DNA of 61,843 bases, taken from IMG/VR virus record IMGVR_UViG_3300042568_000857, positions 1-61,843 of that record. One strand, given 5' to 3'. This document shows positions 19,001 through 28,000 of the stretch, one piece after another. The number at the start of each line of letters is the position of its first letter. Positions within the stretch are counted from its first letter, which is position 1. The stretch comes from a virus. Lineage: Duplodnaviria; Caudoviricetes. Under the pieces are notes generated by a model. The model worked only from the letters and a program-made list of their open reading frames with translations. It did no database searches and was not told where the DNA came from. Both the position numbers and the translations under genes were made by a program.

Positions 19001-22000
19001 TGTCATCGGGGATGATTGCCTCCATCGTTGGATTTTGCTCACCTTCGGGCCATGGCTGCGCATTACCCTTTTCGTCATAGACGATAGCTTCTTGGCCTTT
19101 ACCTCCGCCATTCTCATGCTCTACACGCACGGCAAAGCGGCCATTGGTTGCCCAAAGGTAAGCGCCTTCACCTTTTACTTTTTGCAAACCTTCGCCGCGT
19201 GTCGTGTCTGTGGACACCATCGGGAACATCGCCGCCACCACGTCCGCCGTGGTCTTGGCCTTCTTGAGGGCTGGCACCGCCGTAGGGGCCTGGGCCGTGG
19301 GCTTGGCGGGCAGGTCGTCGCGGGCTTGGGTCGTGGGGAACTTGTCGGCCTTCTTTTGGAAGCGGTAGAGGGCTTCTTTCTCGTTGAGGATGGTAAACGT
19401 GCCATCTCCTGGAACTTCAATAGTGACGTAGCCAATCAGGCGCTCGGCATCAGCCTTGGTGGCTGCGTGCTCGCCCGCGTAGGCTTCGCGCTGCTCTTTG
19501 CTGAGGCTGTCCCAGTTACGGGCGGCCTGCGCTTCCAAGTCGTTGATGGTGTCCTTCTGCTCCTTGGTCATGTCTGCCCTCTTCGGCGCGGCCTTTACGG
19601 CGGCGGCCACCTCGGCTAGCAGGAACTTCTTTTGCCCCTTGGCGGCGGCGGCATCGAACGGTGCGGCCTGCTTGGCTGGCTCTGGCATGGCTACTTCTTT
19701 GGCAACGGCAGCCGTTTGGGGTGGCGTGAGGTCTGGCAGGGCGGCTAGTTGCGTAGATACCTTGTCTTTCTCTGTGCCCATGCCTTTACGGAGTGTGTAG
19801 CGAAGGGCTTCGCGTAACTCGTTGTAAATCTTCTGGTGTGGAGTGTTGAAGAGTAATTGCCCGTCTGCGGCCTTGGTTCCGACATCCTGCACCAACTGCA
19901 TCACGGCCTCAGTATCGGCCTGATTGACGGCTAAGCGGATCACACGTTGCGGCATGTCCACACGGCTCTGCTGGCTGGCGTTCATGCCTAGCCATTCGCC
20001 CACAAACTGCGCCAGCGGCGAGGCGTAAGGCATGGCGACTTCTTCGGCGACTGCCTCGGCCTGGGCTGGCGTTACGGAGGCTGGGAGGGCGGGGGCAGCC
20101 TCGGCTAGGGTGGCTTCTGCGGCTTCTCTTTTGGCGGTGGCGTCATCCGCTTTGATGCGGGCGGCTTCAACTCGTTGGCGAGCAACAATTTCGTCGGCTG
20201 CTGTAGGCACGGCAGGCGGCGGCGTGGCTGTCGTGCCCTCCATGGCGGCTTTCTCGCCGCGCAGTTCTTCCAGTTTCTTTTCTAGGCTGGCAAGCTCCCA
20301 CTCTGGCTTGTTTTTGAGCTTGAGCGTGGTTTCAATCTCCTTGATGCGGCGGGCGCGCCATTCAATCTGGCGTTTCTTAGTCTCTGGGCGGGCCATCAGT
20401 TCGGCGTAGCGGGCCAGCCACTCGCGGGCGGCTTCTAGCTTGGTGTTCAGCCAGCGGCTATGTGCTGCTGCTCCGCTTTCGATGGTGATCTTGCCGAGAA
20501 TGTCGGGGGCCTCATCGGTGAGTGTCCTTGCTGGCGGGCTTCTCCATACGCGCTCGGTGCGACCGTAACCAGCTGGCTGAATCTCGCTGAATTCTTTAGA
20601 GAGTGTCTTGCGGGCCTCTGTGATGCCTTGGATGGTGGCGAGGGCAAGGCTCTGGCGGGCTTCTCCGGCCATCTCGTCGCCGCTCTTGTCGGCAAAGTGT
20701 GTGATGCACTCACTCCCAACGGCCAGCGTCCACTTTTTCCCATCGTCTTTGATGAAATAGAAGTTCTTCACTGGTTGCTTGCCGCACCACTCACAATTCC
20801 CGTGCTCTTGAGCGTTGCTGTTTGGAAATAGTGTGGGGGCTTTCTGCATCTCGGATGCACCCGCCAGATTTTGCGTTGGCCTGCCGTCCTGCGCCTCCCC
20901 GGTGAATGGGAATGCGGACCAGTCGGAAATCTTGGTGCCCATGTGGACCTGATTAGCGGCCACGGCCATCTCATAGGTCTTGATGGGCCTATCTTTGAGC
21001 GTGCTGTCTTTCAAAACTTCCTCGGCTTGCCCTTTTGTGATCGTGGCAGCGGCGGCAGCCTGCCCCATAGGCCCGCCAGCCACGGGGGCTTGGCTGGCCT
21101 GATACACGGCCTGCCAGTCGGGCTTTTCTTCCAGTGTGGAGTCAAAGCCGGTCATCAGCCGCCAAAAGGCCCGGCTGTATTGGCGAAGCTGGCCGCCTGG
21201 GGCTAGCTTGTCGAGGCGGGCGGCTAGCTCGGCTGGCGTCTTCACGCCTGCGTCAACCAGCACAGAGGCCGCCTTCATCATGGCGTCTCGGCGGTCGCGT
21301 GGTAGGTCGGTTTGCTCTAGGCTGCCCTGCGGGGGAAGTCGGAGGCTTGATTGATTGCTAGGCGGCAGAAACAGGCCGGTGAAGGCCTCGGCAAGTGCCT
21401 TGTCGGCCTCATCGGTCTGGCGGGCCTGGGCTGGCTCTGCCTGCGGGGCGGGCTGGGAGGCGGCAGGCTTGGCGCTTTTGGCATTGGCTGCCGTCATGGT
21501 CAGGATTGAATCTGCCGTGCCTTCCCATCGCTGCCAGTTGATGTCTTTGGGGCGCTTCCGGTTGTGGTTGCGCACCATTTCGTGAGCGTCTGCAATGGCG
21601 ATCTTCAATGCCTCGTCAATGTCTTTGCCATCGCGAACTGCTCGCTTCATGGACATCAGAGCGTCGGCGGCAATTCGGTCGTTGGCGTTTTCCGCACCAA
21701 CGGCAATACCCTGCCCACCTTCATAGGGGCGTGAACGCTCGTCATATCGGCGAATGGCGGCGTCGATGACTTTCAACGCTTCATCTGGACTGGCAGGCTT
21801 AGCGGCAGCCTGCGGGGCAGCCTCCGGCCCGGCCTGTATCTCCAGCCCGGCCTTGGCCTGGGCGGCGTTTGCCATGAGGGCGTCAATCACCTGGGGCTTG
21901 GTGGCTTTTTTATCCAACTCAATACCAGCCTTCTTGGCCTCGGCTTTGAGTGTGAAGATGTCGGAGGCCTCTAATTCCACGCGCATCTCTGCAACCTCGT

Positions 22001-25000
22001 CGGCGGGGAGTGCCGCTATTTGGTCGGCGTAGGCATCGCTCCCTTCAAAGATGTGTGTGTCGAGATACCCGCGAACGTCGCGCAGGGTTTGAAATTTGCG
22101 CGTGTGGGCACCGTCAATGACTTCGTACGCCCCCGGCTTACCTTGGACTGTAATGTTTGCGTCACCTTTTCTTGTGACGTGAGTGTTGCCAATAAGCGCC
22201 CATGGCTTTGGTGTTGCGTTGCGGATGCCATGGGACTCTCCATAAGCCATGGCTTCGTCTAGCGTTCTGAAACTGCGCCTAAGCTCGCGCTCTGATCGGC
22301 CATCGCCGTCTTTATCCACTCCCACCTCAAAGATAGATTGCCCTCTGTTTGTTGGGCGGATCTCCGAGATATAGAAAGCGGCTTTATCATCCTTCGTTTG
22401 GATTTCCAGCCCGGCTTTGGTGGCCATGTCGGCCACGATGGCCTGCACGGCGTCGGCCTCGGCCTCGATGCGGGCGGCCTCGGCTTTGTCGGTGACGAGC
22501 TTGGCGATGTCGCGGAGCTGGGCCACGAAGTCGCGGAGCAGGGCCATGAGGCGGTCGCGGAAGGCCGGGTCTTGGCTGGCCTCGATCTCGGCTTGGTTGC
22601 TGATCTTGCCGCGTAGGCGGGCTTCGACTAGCTGGGCGAACCATTCGTGGGCGGCGGCGAACTCTTTGCCTGCTGTGCCCTCCTGCTGGAAGTCGGTTAG
22701 CCCGCTGTCGGCGAGGTAAAGGGCCTTGCTGGCGGCTTTAGCCTCGGGGGTGAGGAGATTGTAAAGGCCGATGATCTTGGCTCCGTCCATGTTGCCGATG
22801 GCGGCCTTGTGGATGAACTCATGGAGAATGAACACGTCCATAGCCTCGCGGCCTGCCTCGGTGGTGGCGTGCTTGGCGGTGAGGCGGTTGATGAGCTTTT
22901 CTGGGTTGATGAAGAGGATACTCCCCTTTCTGCCCACTGGCTTTACCTCAAGCTCGCCGCTCTTTGCGCGCAGATCCTTGGCGTAAACGTCAAAGTCCAC
23001 GGCCCCCGCCATGGCCTTGAGCCGTGCCCGCAGGCGCTTGGCGAGGTCGAGCTTGCGGGCGGCGAGGTCTTTGGCGGCCTTGCTGGGCTTGCCCACCAGA
23101 GCCTTGCGCACCTCGGCCTCATACTCGGCTAGGGCGGCCTCTGCCCGGCCCTCTGGCGTGGCTGGGCGGGGCGGCTGGGCGGGCTGGGCCTGTCTTTTCG
23201 TGCGGATGGCCTGCCAGTATGTAGGCTGCACCATTTTGTTGGCTTCCACATTTGCAGCGGCGGCTTCAAATGTCTCATCGCTAGCGATACGTCTATTAGC
23301 TACCTCATTGGCAATACGGCCCTCAGAAGGCAAGCCTGCCGATTGTTTCAGTATCTCGGCTAACCTTTCGGGCGAGTCCGTGCGGCGGGCCTCACGCTCA
23401 AGAAGCTCGCTCTTTTGGTAATCTGATTCGGTCCAGTCTGCCGCCTCCGCCTCCGCCTGCCCGGCTGGCTGGCTGGCTGGGGCCGGGCTGGGGGCGGGGC
23501 GGTAAACGTAGAGGTCGCCTTCGCGGGTGTAGCCCTCGGGCAGTTTGATGCCGTAGGCGTCCACGGCGGAGGCGGAGACTGGTTTTTGAGCTTCCGTGGC
23601 GTCACCGATAAATCGCCGGTGCTTTCGGTCCCACATACCTTTGTCTTCTTTCCACCGCTGCTCCTTGGCTTTGTTGTCCTCGCGTGCGCTACGGATAGCT
23701 CTTTCAGCGCGTGGTCGGCGATTGCTGTCCTTTGGTAAGTCGTTGAACTCACGTTCAAGGACAGCTACATCTTCAAGCTCAGGTTTTTTAGCTTCGACAT
23801 ACTCCTCCGGCGTCATCTGCTCTGGCGGCTTGGCGGCAGGCACAAGCTGGCTGGCCTCTTTTTGGCTTGCCTGGGCTGGCTCTTGTGGCAAACTGGTTGC
23901 AGTAGCCGGAGAGATCGACCCCTCACCCGGTGCAACGTTGCTCACTCCCGCCTCCTCGGTCTGGCCGCCTTGGGGGCGGGATTGTGTCTGGGCTTTCTCT
24001 TGCACGGTCATGTCAGCGAGTCCGGCCTTAAACTCGTCTAGGCTCATTTGCTGAATGCCTCCAAAGCCTTTCCAATCGGGAGTGTAGTTGGAGCGATAAG
24101 CGGCCTCTGCTTCGGCTGGTGTGGCGTAGCCGATGATGGACTTGAACTCGTCAAACTTGCCCGTTTTGGGGTCGTTTTGAGTCACCACAAACACAGGTCC
24201 AGCGTAGTCTTTAGGTGTGCCGGGCTTAATGAACACGTCGGCTTGCTCTCCCGTGTTGTCGATGGAGCCTTTTATGTAGCCGTAATGGTCGGCTAGATTA
24301 CCCCATTCTGGGCGGCGTTTGGTGCCAGCGGCGTTCTCAATGGAAATGTTGAGGCCTGCAATCGTGGTGTGGCCTTTCTGGTAGTTGCCAGCATCCTTCT
24401 GGGCCTCAGTAGGCTCTGGCAGGGTATTATTTGAGCTGGTGGCGGCTTGCCCGGCGGCCTGATCCACGGGGGCTGCTGGAGGCTTGGCCTTGCCTGCCTT
24501 CTTGGCGGCCCTGGCCTTTTGCTCGGGCGTGGCGCGGGCCTCTTGGGCGGGGCTTAGGCCGGTTGGCGCTGGCTCAGGAGGCGCTTCTTGTGGCGGGGCG
24601 GTTTCAAGGCTTGAAATTCCTCCCTGAGATTGTCGGCCATCTTCTGTAGGCCCGGCTTCGCCCACTTGGGTATCTGCGTTTGGTGTGATGTCTTGCTCAT
24701 TGGCTGGGGCTGGCTCGGGTGTCTGGATGGTTGCAGGAACAGGATTTGCACCTGTGTTTGAAGGCAATGAACCTCCCGTGATGACTACTTCACTATCCTG
24801 CGGCGTGGATTCTGCCTTGGCAGGCTTGGCCTGTCCAGCCTTTTTCTTGGCTGGCTTGGCTTCCTCGGCGTCAATCTGGGCCTTTCGCTCGGCCTCGGTG
24901 AGGTTGACCATGGCGGCCAAGCCTTCCTGGGCCTCGTCTGTCAGCCACTCGGCGGCGGCGTTGCGGAGCACGGGCTTGTCTTTGTAGAGGTAAACGAGGG

Positions 25001-28000
25001 GTGTTACTTTGGTGTCTGGCGTGATCTTTCCGCCCTTGTTGACGAACCCAAGCGCCTCCTGCTCCTCGATGTCGAGGCTTTCGAGGCTCTGGCCCTGGGC
25101 GATCTTGACCACGCCTGCGGCGGCATGCCTAGCCACGGCGGCGGGCGGCCTGCCTGTGCGCTTGGCGGTGGCGGCGACGGATTGCGGGAGGGGAGTAGCG
25201 CCTGTGGGGTTGAACTTGGCGATTTGATTGGCAATCGCTTTAGATATTGCAGTTGGCGCAGTCAGCCCAGCCTCGGCGGCGGCGGCGACATCTTGCGGTC
25301 TAGGCCGAATAGGGGCAACTAATCCTGCTTGTGCGGCAGCTTCTATTGGATTGGGTCGTTTAGGAGCGACCAAACCAGCTACAGCAGCGGCTTCTATCGG
25401 ATCTTGTTCTGTAGGCGTCTCGGGCGCTGGCGTCGGAGCCGGGCCAGCCGGGCGGGGCTGCACGGGCATGGCTGGGGCCTCGCCTTCTGGGGGCGGGGCC
25501 ATGCCGGGGCCTTCGGTGCCTGCTTGGCGGCGGGCCTGCATGAGAGCGCCTGCACCGCCCATGAGGGCCGTGACGCCTGCCAGCTCGGGCAGGGTGTTGG
25601 CGAAGTTCTTGAATGTGGCGACGGGATCGGCGGAGGCTGCGGACTCTTGCAGGATGGTGGTAAAGTATTCGTCGGCGATCTCTTCGGGCAATTCCTCGGC
25701 GGCTCCTTTGACAAACTGTCCCAACAAACCCTTGAAGGTGTTGCGGGCCGTTTCCTGCATGGCCTTGTCACTAAAGATGCGCTCCAAACCTGTTGGTCCC
25801 ATGCCTTTAGTAATCAGCCCTGAAATCACCCCAGCCAGTGCGGCAGGCAAGGCGGCCTTGCGCCAAGCCTCGCCATGGCTTAGCCCGGCGTCTTCTTTGG
25901 CGGTGCGATAGAGGTCAGCGAACATGCTTCCCGCTGTCTGCCCGCCTGCCAGAACGGCGGCAGTGCCAAGGCCACCGCCCACGGCTCCTGCCCCGGCGAT
26001 CATGGCGGCCACGGCGGGCGTCATGCGTGCGCCCATGCCCATCACACGGAGAGCGTAATCGGTGTCGGAGCCTTCGAGGTTCTGCGCGCCTACGACTGAC
26101 TGGGTGTTCTCAGTGTTGGCGGCGGCGAGGTCGGCTAGCGTTTCGGAGCCTGTCACCATTGCGCCTACGCCTAGCGCCTGCGTGGCGATGTCTTGGAAGC
26201 CTGCCAGTAGGCCAAGGCCCACCTGCTCGCCTGCTTTGCGGAACCATGAGCGATTCTTCATTTCCTCCATGTAGGCGATGGCCTGCTTGGCGGGGGACTG
26301 GCGGGCGAAGCCTAGCTTGCCCTGTGTGGCTTGGTCTTCTTCAATCTTGCGCTCGCGCCATGCCATGAAATTATCGGCACCGGGAATGTTGGCGGACTGG
26401 CTCAGGATCTCCACGGCCTTCTCGGCGTGAATTTCTTGGAGTTTGGGGAAGGCTTTGAGTGCCTTGGCCTTGCCCTCTGGCGTGCCCTGGCTGGCTTCCA
26501 CGGCCTTCTTGTAGGCCTCGGCATCGCCCCACATAGTCGGGTTGACGGTCACGTTGCCGTCTGGAAGCGTGCGGACTTCTTCGGCGATGGGCTGGCCGGT
26601 CTTGGCGTCTCGGCGCGGGTTGCTCCAGTCGAGCTGGCGGTAAGTCTGCAAGGCCTCCTTGGCGCTCGCCACGTCCAGGCCAGCCTTGGCGGCCTCCTGG
26701 GCTAGGCGTGGCGTTTCCTCTTCTGTGCGCCAGTCATCGGAGTACAAGCCTTTGGCCCAGCCTTCATAAAGCGGCTTGGCCTTTGCCAGCGTCTCAGCCT
26801 TGGCCTTGGCCTGCCCGGCGGCCTCTGCCTGCTTGGCGGCCCGGCCTTCAAGCTCGGTGCCTGCCACGGCCAGCACGTCTCGGCGGTCTGCGGCGGCCTT
26901 CAAGGCGGCGTCTGACTCGGCCTTGGCTTCGCCGTTGTGCTCGTCGTAGTCGGCAAGGGATTGCTCTAGGCGGGCCTTCTGGATGTCAAGGGCGGCCATT
27001 TCTTCGGCTGTCAAACCTTGCTCGGCTTGGCTCTGAAACTCTTCGTTGAAGGAATTAAGTTCTGCGACAATGGCGTTTCGGCCCTTGGTGATGGTGTCGA
27101 GGGTGCCAACGGCTTGTTCCTCCTGCTCGTTGATGATGTCGGCCTGTGCCTTGACTTCGGCCACTAGGTCGTCGTCGGGCAGGGCGGCTAGGCTGGCGGT
27201 CTTGCCCGCCTTCCACTTCTGCGGGTTAATAATCTGCTCTTTAATGTCGAGGGCGCGGAGTTTGAGTTCCTGCACCTTCTTTTCGGCCTCCTTGGCGGGC
27301 TTCACCTTGTCTTTGTAGGCAAGGTAGTTCTCAGCGGCGGCCTTGGCCTGCTGGCCTGCCTCATCGGTGGCGGGTGCGGCGGCATACTTGGCGGCGGTCT
27401 CCTCCATGTCCTGCCCGGCGGCGAACTGACTCAGGGCGGACTCGGCGGCGTTGAATGCCTCCTCGTCTTCTTTGGCGGGTTTGGGGGCGGTGAGGCTGAT
27501 ACGGTCGGCTTCGAGGTCGATCACGTCGGCCTGATCCTTCAACCGCTTCACTCGGGCGGACTCGTCCAGCTTGGCGGCCTTGGCCTGCTTGGCGGCGGCC
27601 CATTCCTCATCTGTCTGGAGGGGCACGGGCTCGCCTGTCACGCGGTCAATGTTGTACGGGCGTTTCTCGCGGGCCATGGCAAGGCGGCGGTTCTCGGCCT
27701 CGCGCTTGGCGGCTGCCTTGGTGGCGTCTTCGGCTACCTTGGGGTCCACTCCAATCTCACGTTCGCCCACGCCAGAGATGGTTTTAAACACCTTGCCGTC
27801 TTTAGTGACCTGCCGGGCATTGTTCCACGCGGAACGTAGCCCGGTTGGCTGGCTGGGGTCTGCGTTGTAGGGCTCGCCCGTGGTCGGGTCGAGATAAAGG
27901 TTTGACTTGCCGGGGGCCTTCACAAGGCGGCCAGAGGGCGTGGCTGGCTTGACCAACTTTCCACTTGGAAGCTCGATTTGCTCAATATACTCGCCTGTTT

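Noticed and set aside
25250-25400. Three ~17-aa repeats (PIEAAA.AGLVAP) in the giant protein
   Set aside because: Local tandem duplication in a linker; no sign of an array or diversity-generating system.
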